A stretch of 64,000 nt of DNA from Verrucomicrobiia bacterium (GCA_026646655.1 JAPKHT010000001.1:73775-137774), one strand, 5' to 3'; positions 55,035 through 64,000 are shown, numbered from the stretch's first letter. The notes: generated by a model not told the origin, from the sequence alone. Translations and numbers: made by a program.

Positions 55035-55985
55035 ATGCCGGGCCGGTGGCGGACGTCCGCCGCGCTGTTCGTGGCGTGCCTGTTGGGTTGGCCCGGGCTC
55101 GCGCTATGGGGGGCCAATCCGAAGGCCAAGCAGGGCAACAGCGACGACATGTGGGTCACCTCGCCCGTGCCGGAACTGCCGGTGGGAGTCACGCACCATA
55201 CCTTCCGGAGCGATGCGATGGGGCGCGACGTGGGTTACTGCGTCTACCTGCCCCCAAGTTATGAGCGGGAGCCCCTCCGTCGCTACCCCGTCATCTATCA
55301 CCTGCACGGGGCCGGGGGAAACGAGACGCGGGCCGTGTATTCGGCCACCGTCCTGAACGGGGGCATCATCGCGGGCAAGTGGCCCGAGATGATCATGGTC
55401 TTCCCGAATGGCGGGCGCGCCACGATGTATCAGGACTCTGGCGACGGACGGTTCATGGCCGAGACGATGGTCATCCGGGAACTCATCCCCCACATCGACA
55501 AGACCTATCGGACCATCGCCGATCGCAAGGCGCGCTGCATCGAGGGTTTCAGCATGGGTGGGCGCGGCTCGACCCATCTCGCCATGCGATACCCCGAGAT
55601 GTTTGGATCGCTCTTTAACCAGAGCGGGAATGTCTATCACGTCTCCGACACCTCGAAGGGGCCAAACGCCTACCTCGGTGACGATCCCGCTCGATTGCGG
55701 GACAACGACCCGTACCTGAACCTCAAAAAGAATCTGGGCTCTATCAAGGCGAACCTCCGCATCCAGGTCGCCTGCGGCACCGCCGATCCCGAACATCTCA
55801 CAACCGTGCGGGAGTATCACGCCGCGCTGACAGCCCATGGCGTGGAACACGCCTATTTCGAGGTCGAGGGGCTCGATCACAACCAGAAGAAGATGATCGA
55901 TGGCCGCAGGGACACGTGGTTCGATTTTCACATCGAGTCGCTGAATCGGAACCAGATCTCTCTCCACTATCAGGGGAAGCGATGA
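55035..55985 (+). CDS. esterase (putative esterase/CE1-like, enterochelin-esterase fold)
   Basis: Signal peptide MPGRWRTSAALFVACLLGWPGLALWGA; VIYHLHGAGGNE; nucleophile GFSMGGRGS; alternative upstream starts at 54972 and 55008. Confidence 0.7.
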   Translation: MPGRWRTSAALFVACLLGWPGLALWGANPKAKQGNSDDMWVTSPVPELPVGVTHHTFRSDAMGRDVGYCVYLPPSYEREPLRRYPVIYHLHGAGGNETRAVYSATVLNGGIIAGKWPEMIMVFPNGGRATMYQDSGDGRFMAETMVIRELIPHIDKTYRTIADRKARCIEGFSMGGRGSTHLAMRYPEMFGSLFNQSGNVYHVSDTSKGPNAYLGDDPARLRDNDPYLNLKKNLGSIKANLRIQVACGTADPEHLTTVREYHAALTAHGVEHAYFEVEGLDHNQKKMIDGRRDTWFDFHIESLNRNQISLHYQGKR

Positions 55986-57526
55986 TGCGCTATCTGACCT
56001 CGGTCGTTCTGGGTTTAGCGTGCGGGGCCCTTTCGGCCGCGGCCCCCGCGCCGAGGCCGAACATCTTGGTCGCGATCTCAGACGACCAGTCGTGGGCCCA
56101 CGCCTCGGCCTATGGGTGCAAGGCGGTGCGGACACCGGCCTTCGACCGCGTGGCCAGGGACGGGGTGTTATTCAAGAATGCCTTTGGGGCCTCGCCGGGG
56201 TGCAGCCCGTGCCGCGCCGCGCTGCTCACGGGGCGCCACACGTGGATGATCGAGGAGGCCGGAACCCACGCCAGTTCGTTCCCGGCGAAGTATGTGACGT
56301 ATCCCGACCTGTTGGAGAAGGATGGCTACTTCGTCGGCTACACCGGCAAGGGATGGGGGCCGGGCGACTGGAAGATCAGCGGGCGCGGGCGGAACCCGGC
56401 GGGCACGGAGTTCAGCGGGATGAAGAACAAGCCGCCGCATAAGGGGATCAACCAGAACGACTATGCCGGAAATTTTTCCGAGTTTCTGCAGGCGCGGCCG
56501 GCGGGCAAGCCTTTCTGTTTCTGGTATGGAGCCACGGAGCCGCATCGCGGTTATGAGAAGGGTTCCGGCGCCAAGGCCGGCAAGGCCCTCGCGGACGTAT
56601 CGGTGCCGCCATTCCTGCCGGACGCGTCCGAGATCCGATCCGACATCCTGGATTATCTCGTCGAGATCGAGTGGTTTGACGCGCACTTGGGCCGAATGCT
56701 GGAGGCGCTGGAGAAGTCGGGGGAACTGCAGAACACTCTGGTGATCGTCACCTCGGATAACGGCATGCCCTTTCCCCGGGCCAAGGCGAACTGCTACGAG
56801 TACGGCATCCATATGCCCCTGGCCATCTGCTGGGGCGCCCGGGTGCCCGGCGGCCGCGTGGTGGAAGATCTCGTCGGCTTCGTGGATCTGACCGCCACGA
56901 TCCTTGGGGCGGCGGGCGTCAACCATCCCTCGCGCGAGTTCCCCCTCGTTGGCCGGAGCCTCTTGGCGCTTCTCACGTCGGGGAGACAGGGCGCCATCGA
57001 ACCGGGACGGGATGCCGTCTTTGCCGCGCGCGAGCGCCACTCCTCATCACGGTATAATAACTGGACCTATCCCCAGCGGGCCATCCGCACGCCGCGGTTC
57101 CTATACGTGCGCAACTTCCGGCCGGATCGCTGGCCGGCGGGCGATCCCGTCGTGCTGTCCGAAGACAAGAAGGGCGGGGGATCCCCCGGAACGCCGCATT
57201 CCGGGTACAAGGATATCGATGGATCGCCGAGCCTTGAGTTCCTCATCGCGGGGGCCGATGACCCGCGGGTCCGGCCATTCCTCGACCTCGCTGTGGCCAA
57301 GCGGCCCGCCGAGGAACTCTTCGACATCCGCGAAGATCCCGGTTGCCTCAAGAACCTCGCGGATGACCCGGGCTTCGCCGCGACCCGCGCCGAGCTGGCG
57401 GGACGCCTTGAGCGCGGACTGCGCGAGACCGGCGATCCGCGGATCTTGGACGGCGGCGAGATCTGGGAGAGCTATCCGCGCTACAGCCCCATCCGGGAGT
57501 TTCCCGAACCCAAGGAATCCCCATGA
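55982..57526 (+). CDS. S1-family sulfatase
   Basis: Signal peptide MMRYLTSVVLGLACGALSAAA; NILVAISDDQSW; formylglycine motif C-S-P-C-R; TSDNGMPFPRAK; ATGA overlaps at both ends. Confidence 0.85.
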   Translation: MMRYLTSVVLGLACGALSAAAPAPRPNILVAISDDQSWAHASAYGCKAVRTPAFDRVARDGVLFKNAFGASPGCSPCRAALLTGRHTWMIEEAGTHASSFPAKYVTYPDLLEKDGYFVGYTGKGWGPGDWKISGRGRNPAGTEFSGMKNKPPHKGINQNDYAGNFSEFLQARPAGKPFCFWYGATEPHRGYEKGSGAKAGKALADVSVPPFLPDASEIRSDILDYLVEIEWFDAHLGRMLEALEKSGELQNTLVIVTSDNGMPFPRAKANCYEYGIHMPLAICWGARVPGGRVVEDLVGFVDLTATILGAAGVNHPSREFPLVGRSLLALLTSGRQGAIEPGRDAVFAARERHSSSRYNNWTYPQRAIRTPRFLYVRNFRPDRWPAGDPVVLSEDKKGGGSPGTPHSGYKDIDGSPSLEFLIAGADDPRVRPFLDLAVAKRPAEELFDIREDPGCLKNLADDPGFAATRAELAGRLERGLRETGDPRILDGGEIWESYPRYSPIREFPEPKESP

Positions 57527-58416
57527 GAGCCATCCTCGTCACGATCGCCGTCGCATGGCTGATGCCCGCGCCCGCATCGCTCGCCGCCAGGAAGGCGGAC
57601 GACGACGCCCCGCCCGGCAAGGTCTATGTCTACAAGCACTCCGCCGGCAAACCGCGCCAGATGGAGATCTATTTCCCGGAGGGCCATGACCCCGCGAAGG
57701 CGAATGTCCCCGGCGTGATCCTGTTCCACGGCGGCGGATGGACGGGCGGAGGCCTCACCCAATTCCGGGCCGCGTGCCACTACTTCGCCGGACGCGGGCT
57801 GGTGGCCGCGACGGCGGAATACCAGATGCTGTCCAAGGCGGATGCCGCCAAGTTGCCCGCGGGCGAAACCAAGAAGCGCGTCTGCATCACCGACGCCAAG
57901 AGCGCGATCCGCTGGTTCAAGCAGCACGCGGGCGAATTGGGCATCGATCCGGCGCGCATCATCACCGGAGGCGGTTCCGCGGGCGGCCACGTCTCCGCGC
58001 TCGCCACGTTGAATCCGGGACTCAACGATCCCGAAGACCCAAAAGACATAGACAGTTCGGTCGTCGCCTACCTGTGGTTCAATCCCGCCTTCACGTCGGC
58101 GGACCGCGACGATCCGGAGGTCGATGTCCTCCGCCACCTCAAGGCCGACATGGCCCCGGCCATCGCCTTTTTTGGCACGGAGGACACCTGGAAGCAGGGC
58201 TGGGACGCGGCCCACGAAAAATTGAAATCCCTCGGCAACAGCACCACGGAGCTGTGGTTGGCCGAAGGGCAGGGGCATAGCTTTTTCAATAGAGACCCGT
58301 GGCGCGCGCTGACCCTCATCGCAGCCGACCGTTTCCTGGTGCGACGGGGGTGGCTCTCTGGCGATCCGACGCTCGCGCCGCCCGCCGGCGGGGAGAAGTT
58401 GGTCAAGGCGCGCTGA
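57523..58416 (+). CDS. alpha/beta-hydrolase fold-3 esterase (CE10-like)
   Basis: Signal peptide; oxyanion-hole HGGGW; nucleophile GGSAGGH; 4-nt overlap with the upstream sulfatase. Confidence 0.8.
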   Translation: MRAILVTIAVAWLMPAPASLAARKADDDAPPGKVYVYKHSAGKPRQMEIYFPEGHDPAKANVPGVILFHGGGWTGGGLTQFRAACHYFAGRGLVAATAEYQMLSKADAAKLPAGETKKRVCITDAKSAIRWFKQHAGELGIDPARIITGGGSAGGHVSALATLNPGLNDPEDPKDIDSSVVAYLWFNPAFTSADRDDPEVDVLRHLKADMAPAIAFFGTEDTWKQGWDAAHEKLKSLGNSTTELWLAEGQGHSFFNRDPWRALTLIAADRFLVRRGWLSGDPTLAPPAGGEKLVKAR

Positions 58417-58681
58417 CTCGAAAATTTCGATTGCCCGCAAAGAGCGGCCCGGGGACGGTCCGTACTCCACAGGCCTTCGGCCGAAATGCGGCGACATCCT
58501 GAGACAGCGTCAACGCGTCCTGACAGCGACCCATTTCGCGCGCAGCGCTTTGGAGTGCGGTGCGTCCTCGCACCGCTTTGCGCTGAAGCGGCTGAGAGAT
58601 TTTTTCCTCCGGCGGTCCGGCAACCGCCGGACCAGACGGGCTGCGTCGAAAATTCCGGTGGTCTAACGCGTGAGCCTTTGG
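58415..58681 (+). repeat. ~265-nt structured intergenic element, full copy B
   Basis: Starts on the TGA of the esterase gene (TGACTCGAAAATTT) and is collinear with copy A over 5' module, hairpins and 3' module; the stem loop differs (CCA vs CTC) while the stem is kept; ends ~90 nt before the GH43 start at 58775. Confidence 0.7.
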
Positions 58682-58774
58682 CTGCCAAGGCGTCACGGCG
58701 TCGGCTGCGTTTTCATCGGGCGGTTCTCCTCTGGCCCGCTTGCCAGGGAACGGGAGTTCCGATTGAATGCTGGG

Positions 58775-59710
58775 ATGATGATCCGGCTGGTGGCGGTTGC
58801 GGTGGGGCTTGCGTTCGCCCCGATGGCGGTTTCCGGCGCCGCCGCGACCTTTGAGAACCCGCTCATTTCGGGAAACCTCGCGGACCCCGCCGTGATCCGC
58901 CACGGGGGCATGTATTACCTGTATGCGACCGGCGAGGTGGACGGGGATAAAGGGACGCGCGTGTATACGTCCAAAGATCTCGTGCGATGGGAGCAGGGTC
59001 CCGTCGTGTTTCGGCCGGGTCGGCCGCACGTGTGGGCCCCTGACGTGTGGCGCGATCCGGGTTCCGGGAAGTTCTACCTGTATTACACGGTCAACCAGAC
59101 CGTGGGCGTTGCGCAGGCCGATGGGCCGACCGGGCCGTTCGTTGAGGTGAAGAAGTTTTTCGACAAGGCGATCGACGCGCACCTCTTCCGCGATGAGGAT
59201 GGAAAACTCTACCTCTATTACGTGCAGTTCCCGGGCTTTCGCATCAAGGTGCAGCCCATGGCGGGACCCACCGAACCCGCGGGCGATTCAAAGGTGGTGC
59301 TGCAACCCGAGGCCGAATGGGAAAAGCGAGCGGGCCATGTCACCGAGGGCCCGTGGATGATCAAGCGGCAGGGGCGCTATTACCTGCTCTACAGCGGATC
59401 AGGCGCCGATACGCCGGAATATGCGGTCGGGTATGCGACCGCGGAGAATCCGATGGGGCCATTCCATCGGGCGAAGCACAACCCCATCATACGGCGTTCG
59501 GAGGGGCTCTTTGGCCCCGGTCACGGGTGCGCCATCCAGGATGACGCCGGCCAGTGGTGGCATATCTATCACCAGAAGCGGACCGACCGGATCGAGTGGG
59601 ATCGCTTCATCGCGATGGATCCGCTCTGGTTCGATCCGGATGGCAACCTGCATGGTCGGGCCACCCGCGGGGTGCCGCAACCGGCGCCCGACATTTCCGG
59701 GGAGCGTTGA
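58775..59710 (+). CDS. GH43 family glycoside hydrolase, catalytic beta-propeller only
   Basis: Signal peptide MMIRLVAVAVGLAFAPMAVSGAAA; NLADPAVIRHGGMYYLYAT; WAPDVWRD; IDAHLFRDEDGKLYLYY. Confidence 0.8.
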   Translation: MMIRLVAVAVGLAFAPMAVSGAAATFENPLISGNLADPAVIRHGGMYYLYATGEVDGDKGTRVYTSKDLVRWEQGPVVFRPGRPHVWAPDVWRDPGSGKFYLYYTVNQTVGVAQADGPTGPFVEVKKFFDKAIDAHLFRDEDGKLYLYYVQFPGFRIKVQPMAGPTEPAGDSKVVLQPEAEWEKRAGHVTEGPWMIKRQGRYYLLYSGSGADTPEYAVGYATAENPMGPFHRAKHNPIIRRSEGLFGPGHGCAIQDDAGQWWHIYHQKRTDRIEWDRFIAMDPLWFDPDGNLHGRATRGVPQPAPDISGER

Positions 59711-59714
59711 CGAA

Positions 59715-60060
59715 GGGGCATCACATCCTGTGCGCGATGGCGTGGGATCCCAGGTGCTACGCCGTCATTTATGTGCCGCGCGATTACACGGATAAGAAAG
59801 ACTGGGTACCCGCGCGTTCGCCGATGGCAACGCGTTGTCCGTGGTTCTGAACAACCTCTCGGATCAAGGCAAGGATGTCTCGCTGGACATGCCCCGGGCG
59901 AAGGCCATGACGATCCGGCGGTTTGGTCGGAATGCGGACCAGACGCCATATCGCCGCGAGGGGCCACTGGCGTCAGCCCGCGCGCTATCTTTGGAGGGTC
60001 GGGAGACCGCCGTGATCAGGGCCGACTACGGCAAGGCGTTGGCCGTGCCGGTGGAGTCCG
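59715..60060 (+). pseudogene. possible decayed C-terminal beta-sandwich domain of a glycoside hydrolase (frameshifted remnant)
   Basis: Two adjacent frames translate ...AWDPRCYAVIYVPRDYTDKKDW then ...RAFADGNALSVVLNNLSDQGKDVSLDMP...VIRAD, resembling the ...avvlNnsd.a.tv.l.. C-terminal strands of GH beta-sandwich domains; no start codon. Confidence 0.25.
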
Positions 60061-60074
60061 GGTCGGATGCCGGG

Positions 60075-60100
60075 GTCAAGAATCGCCATCCGGAGGTCAA
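60075..60100 (+). promoter_or_regulatory. direct-repeat motif GGTCAAGAATCGCCATCCGGAGGTCAA, copy 3
   Basis: ~35 nt upstream of the GH29 start at 60134. Confidence 0.45.
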
Positions 60101-60133
60101 TTTTCGCCATTCTTCTTTGTGGGGGCGAGGGTC

Positions 60134-61462
60134 ATGCTCGTTCCGTCCGGCCCCGGGCACGAGCCACAGGGGGGGAATGCGCGGCTCGCCGGAGGTATGG
60201 GCGGCGACGGAGGTGAGTTGAAAACGCGAAAGTCGATTTGGGGTGCGGTGGGAAGGCGGACGCGGGCCGTCATGGGCCTTGGGTCATTATCGGGGGCGTT
60301 CGCCATGACCGTGACTGGCGCCGACGCGGTCAGCCCCCCGGGTCTGGCGTCGGAACTGGAGCGCGTTGAAAGGACCATCGGCGCCGGGCCCTATCGGCCC
60401 GAGTGGATTTCCCTCAAGGCGCACAAGGATCCCGAGTGGTTTCGTGATGCCAAGTTCGGCATTTACACCCATTGGGGACCGGTGAGCGTCGGGGCGGAGG
60501 ACGGCCCCGGCGGCGTGCAGTGGTACGGGAAGAACATGTACGAGCCCAAGAGCCCCACCTTCGAATATCACAGGCGGAAATACGGGGATCAGAAAGAGGT
60601 GGGCTACAAGGACATGATCCCGAAGTTCACGGCGGAGAAGTTTGATGCCGCGGACTGGGCGGAGCTATTTGCCAAATCCGGGGCCAAGTTTGCCGGGCCG
60701 GTGGCCGTTCACCACGACAACTTTGCCATGTGGGACTCGCGGGTCACGCGCTGGAACAGCGTTGCCATGGGGCCCCGGCGCGACATCACGGGCGAACTGG
60801 AGAAGGCCATCCGCGCGCGCGGCCTGAGGTTCATCACGACCTTTCATCATGGCTTCGCCTGGCAATACTTCGAGCCGGCGTTCAAGTTTGACGGGGCGGA
60901 TCCTCGGAATGCCGATCTCTACACGGAGCCGCACGAACCCAAGGCGCCGCCCAGCCGGAGCTTCTTGGACACGTGGCTGGCGATGGTGACCGAGGTGCTG
61001 TATCGCTATCAGCCCGACCTCATCTGGTTCGATTTCGAGCTGGAGGCCGTGATCACGCCCGAATACCAGCGCCGGATGTTCGCCGCCACATACAACTGGG
61101 CGGAGGCCCAGCGCCGGGAGATCGGGGTGGCCCACAAGCACCGCAATATCCATGAGCACACCGGCATCCTCGACTTTGAGCGCGGCCGCGAGGACCGGTT
61201 GGTGCCCTACCCGTGGCTGACGGACACATCCGTAGGCCCGTGGTTTCACCAGGAGTCTGAGAAATTCAAGACGGTGGACCAACTGGTCGACGTGCTCGTG
61301 GACATCGTGGCGAAGAATGGCTGCATGCTGCTGAACGTGGGACCGCTGGCCGACGGCACCATCCCGGAGGAGGGCCGGCGACTGCTCCTGGGCATGGGCG
61401 ACTGGTTGCGGGTCAACGGAGAAGCGATTTTTGGCACGCGGCCATGGAAGGTCTATGGGTAG
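60134..61462 (+). CDS. GH29 alpha-L-fucosidase catalytic region, terminated by an in-frame TAG at 61460-61462
   Basis: AKFGIYTHWGPVSV, AVHHDNFAMWDS, LIWFDFE match the GH29 core; possible Tat-like leader (GRRTRAVMGLGSLSGAFA) if the start is further downstream; the frame stays open after the TAG. Confidence 0.7.
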   Translation: MLVPSGPGHEPQGGNARLAGGMGGDGGELKTRKSIWGAVGRRTRAVMGLGSLSGAFAMTVTGADAVSPPGLASELERVERTIGAGPYRPEWISLKAHKDPEWFRDAKFGIYTHWGPVSVGAEDGPGGVQWYGKNMYEPKSPTFEYHRRKYGDQKEVGYKDMIPKFTAEKFDAADWAELFAKSGAKFAGPVAVHHDNFAMWDSRVTRWNSVAMGPRRDITGELEKAIRARGLRFITTFHHGFAWQYFEPAFKFDGADPRNADLYTEPHEPKAPPSRSFLDTWLAMVTEVLYRYQPDLIWFDFELEAVITPEYQRRMFAATYNWAEAQRREIGVAHKHRNIHEHTGILDFERGREDRLVPYPWLTDTSVGPWFHQESEKFKTVDQLVDVLVDIVAKNGCMLLNVGPLADGTIPEEGRRLLLGMGDWLRVNGEAIFGTRPWKVYG

Positions 61463-62209
61463 GGTCCCACGCGGCAGGCGAAGGGCGGCGGGTTCAGCGA
61501 GCGCGCCGACCGGGATTTCACTCCGGAGGATATCCGCTTCACGGCGAAGGGTGACGCGCTCTATGCGATCGCGCTCGGCTGGCCCGCGGATGGCAAGGTC
61601 TTGGTGCGATCGCTGGCATCGGTCGCGGGCAAGGTCGCGCGGGTGCGGTTGCTGGGGCACGCCGGCGATCTGGAGTGGTCGCAGGGTGAGGAGGGGTTGC
61701 TGGTGAGGATGCCGGCGCAGCGCCCGGCGGAACATGCGCTGGCGCTTGAGGTGCGAGGTGAGGGCCTCGAGCCGGCGCCATTGCCCGAACAGGACCCGGC
61801 GATCCGGCCGGACCCCGATGGCAGCATCCGGCTCGAACCTGGCGCGGCGGAATTGCACGGCTCCAAACTCCGGATCGAGCGCCGTCATGACCACGATTAC
61901 ATAGCCGCGTGGGACAGGGCGGAGGAGTGGGCCTCGTGGGCACTGGTCGTCCCCGCCAAGGCGACCTATGAGGTGAGCGTCGTATGCAGCACGCCCATCA
62001 GGGATACGGACTTCATTGTGGAGATCGGCGGCCAGCGACTCCGCGGCGTCGCAAAGAAGACCGCCGGTTGGTATGAGTACCGGACCGTTACCGTGGGCCG
62101 CATCGAGCTGGCGCCGGGCGCCGGGATCCGGTTGGCCATACGCGCCGCGGATCCCTCGGCATGGAAGGCCATCAACGTCCGCGGGATCCGGTTGGATGAT
62201 GTCAACTGA
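61463..62209 (+). pseudogene. in-frame continuation of the GH29 gene (C-terminal beta-sandwich + ~170-aa extra domain) after the amber stop
   Basis: Same frame as 60134..61462; translation ...KVYG*GPTRQ...FTPEDIRFTAKGDALYAIALGWPADGKVLVRSLAS... aligns with the C-terminal domains of the intact GH29 at 26248..28062 (…LFLHVFQWPADGRLVVPGL…). Confidence 0.6.
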
Positions 62210-62259
62210 CTCAAGAATTGACACATCGCATCCCGTGGCCGAACGCGCGAGCGCTTCGG
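62208..62259 (+). repeat. 3' hairpin module copy (GACTCAAGAATTGACACATCGCATCCCGTGGCCGAACGCGCGAGCGCTTCGG)
   Basis: Begins on the TGA at 62207-62209; hairpin GGCCGAACGC-GCGA-GCG(C)TTCGGCC with GNRA loop and extended stem; ~125 nt upstream of the 62384 start. Confidence 0.6.
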
Positions 62260-62383
62260 CCGCCAGATGCCTTACGGCTTCGGCCATATTCTCAAAGAGC
62301 GGTGGCGCCCGGCGCGCCGTGATTCCCGAGGCCGGGCGCCCTCGCGTTGGAGGGGCGGTCGGTTTCGCGACCGGGTGCGCGCC

Positions 62384-63355
62384 ATGAGAGCGGTCATCGG
62401 CGCGATCTGCGCGTTGTGCCTATCCGCCGCGGCGGGCGCGGAACCGGGGGCCAAGGTCTCATTGCCGGCGATCGCATCCCCGATCCTGTTTCGGGGCGAT
62501 GCCGCGACGGCCTATCGCGATCCGGCGGCGATCTACCACGAAGGGTGGTTTCGCCTGTTCTTCACCCTGGTAAAGATCGAACCGGACGGGCGGCCATTTT
62601 CCTACTTGGCCTGGAGCAAGAGCCGGGATCTCGTGGCGTGGGGCGCGCCCCAGGTGTTCACCCCGCGCGATCAGCGGCTCAACTATGGCAGCCCGGGCAA
62701 CATCGTGCGGCATGGAGGCGAGTGGGTCCTGTGCCTGCAGACGTACCCGAGGCCCAGCGGCGAGAAATACGGGAACCGGGATTCGCGGATCTGGACGATG
62801 CGCAGCCGGGATCTGGAGACGTGGGGAGAGCCGGAGCTGCTGCGCGTCAAGGGGGCCGATGTCCCCCGCGAGGGCATGGGGCGCATGATCGACCCCTACC
62901 TGATCGAGGACAAGGACGAGCCTGGAAAGTGGTGGTGCTTCTACAAACAGGACGGGGTGAGCATGTCGTGGTCGCGCGATCTCAGGAACTGGACCTTCCA
63001 CGGGCGGACCGCGGCGGGTGAGAATGCGTGCGTCGTCGTCGATGGCGGCGAGTACGTGCTGTTCCATTCGCCGCCGAACGGCATCGGGGTCAAGCGCTCG
63101 CGGGACCTGAGGGCGTGGCGAGATGAGGGGCTGCTGACGCTCGGGCAGTCGCATTGGCCGTGGGCGCAGGGGAGGCTGACGGGCGGTTTTGTTCTGGATC
63201 TGCGCCAGGAGCCCGCCGTCGGCAAGGCGCTGATGTTCTTTCACGGCTCGGACTTTCCCGAGGAAGACCCGCGCGGTGGATTCGACAGTTTCGCCAGCAT
63301 CGGCATCGCCTGGAGCGACGATCTGAAGGCATGGGCCTGGCCGAAGGAAGAATAG
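62384..63355 (+). CDS. GH43/GH32-superfamily beta-propeller glycoside hydrolase
   Basis: Signal peptide MRAVIGAICALCLSAAAGA; YRDPAAIYHEGWFRLFFT, RDLVAWGAPQVFTP, propeller-like repeats. Confidence 0.7.
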   Translation: MRAVIGAICALCLSAAAGAEPGAKVSLPAIASPILFRGDAATAYRDPAAIYHEGWFRLFFTLVKIEPDGRPFSYLAWSKSRDLVAWGAPQVFTPRDQRLNYGSPGNIVRHGGEWVLCLQTYPRPSGEKYGNRDSRIWTMRSRDLETWGEPELLRVKGADVPREGMGRMIDPYLIEDKDEPGKWWCFYKQDGVSMSWSRDLRNWTFHGRTAAGENACVVVDGGEYVLFHSPPNGIGVKRSRDLRAWRDEGLLTLGQSHWPWAQGRLTGGFVLDLRQEPAVGKALMFFHGSDFPEEDPRGGFDSFASIGIAWSDDLKAWAWPKEE

Positions 63356-63512
63356 CGGGCGCGGGGCACGGTAAACGGCAGGACGCGGCCGACTGCCGTG
63401 GGCGATCGTGCGCCAAACGCTGACGCGTTCGGCTGCTGAAATCTGGAGCCAGGCATGAATGGATGGAGAGACCCGGAGGCTATTGCCCCGATCACGATTT
63501 GGGGATAACCTC

Positions 63513-64000
63513 CGAATCCTGAATGGATCGCCATCTGCGCCCGTGTGTCTTGGCCGTGCCGCTTCTCGTGGTGTCGTCCCTATTTTCGAGGGGGGCGGCG
63601 CCGCGCGCAGAAACCGCTGACGTCTGCGTGTATGGCGCCACGCCCGGGGGCATCCTGGCGGCCGTCTCGGTGCGGCGCGAGGGGCGGAGCGTGGTGGTCG
63701 TGGAACCGAGCCGGTGGGTGGGTGGCATGCTTGGGGCGGGCTTGAAACCGATGCAGGATTGCCCCAATTACGCCGCCACGGGGGGACTGGCCCGCGAACT
63801 GCTCCGGACGCTGGGTAGCCCCGAATGGGACGGCGATCGCCTGAAGAAGGGAGCCCTTGGCAGGATGAGCCCCGACGAGGTGCGCCGAGATTTCGAGCGA
63901 CTGCTGGAGACCCATGGTATCCCGGTGATTTTTGAGCACCGCATCGCGGCATGCGATAAGCGCGGCCCGGCAATCGGGGCGGCCGTGTTCGATCGGGCAC
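63513..64000 (+). CDS. FAD-dependent oxidoreductase (FAD_oxidored family), 5' part, continues beyond window
   Basis: MDRHLRPCVLAVPLLVVSS signal then ADVCVYGATPGGILAAVSVRREGRSVVVVEPSRWVGGM dinucleotide-binding motif, paralogous to 16415..18079; frame open to the window end. Confidence 0.7.

Noticed and set aside
1-64000. CRISPR arrays, tRNA/rRNA genes, transposase/integrase genes
   Set aside because: I looked for regularly spaced direct repeats, cloverleaf-like conserved segments and DDE/tyrosine-recombinase motifs and found none. The only mobile-element hints are the VapC fragment and the toxin-antitoxin-like module.

Overview
This is a 64 kb high-GC (~65%) window densely packed with secreted carbohydrate-active enzymes, mostly on the + strand. 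It looks like a sulfated-glycan degradation island from a PVC-superphylum-like bacterium; the taxon is an inference from GC content and signal-peptide style.

I can support about 45 genes:
- at least 10 S1-family sulfatases, all with the C-x-P-x-R formylglycine motif
- two GH29 alpha-L-fucosidases, one split by an in-frame TAG
- two BNR/Asp-box sialidase-like proteins, a GH16, a GH36-like alpha-galactosidase, two GH43-type beta-propellers, and a GH99-like TIM-barrel
- a heparinase II/III-like lyase, four right-handed beta-helix proteins each sitting next to a sulfatase or lyase, a CE4 deacetylase, a SASA esterase, and three alpha/beta-hydrolase esterases
- two FAD-dependent oxidoreductases, a purple-acid-phosphatase-like enzyme, an AraC regulator, and several large secreted proteins of unknown function
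- No transporter, rRNA, tRNA or CRISPR was recognised.

The most unusual signals are non-coding:
1. A ~265-nt structured intergenic element occurs as two full copies (28073-28336, 58415-58681). Its ~50-nt 3' module, which ends in a GNRA-capped hairpin with compensatory G-U variation, recurs upstream of at least three more + strand genes. A copy begins directly on the stop codon TGA.
2. A second short motif, GGTCAA-N15-GGTCAA, lies upstream of three genes.
3. Nearly identical signal-peptide DNA (MKHTLTLL-ALLLAPLAA...) heads many non-homologous genes, often joined to the preceding gene by an ATGA overlap.
4. The divergent region 21979-23126 carries perfect palindromes sharing a CTGTCGGAC core, a toxin-antitoxin-like small-ORF + nucleotidyltransferase-fold pair, and a sulfatase 5' remnant.
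5. There is also a VapC C-terminal fragment, and a lower-GC membrane protein coupled to the CE4 deacetylase.

Long antisense ORFs across the window are artefacts of the high GC content.
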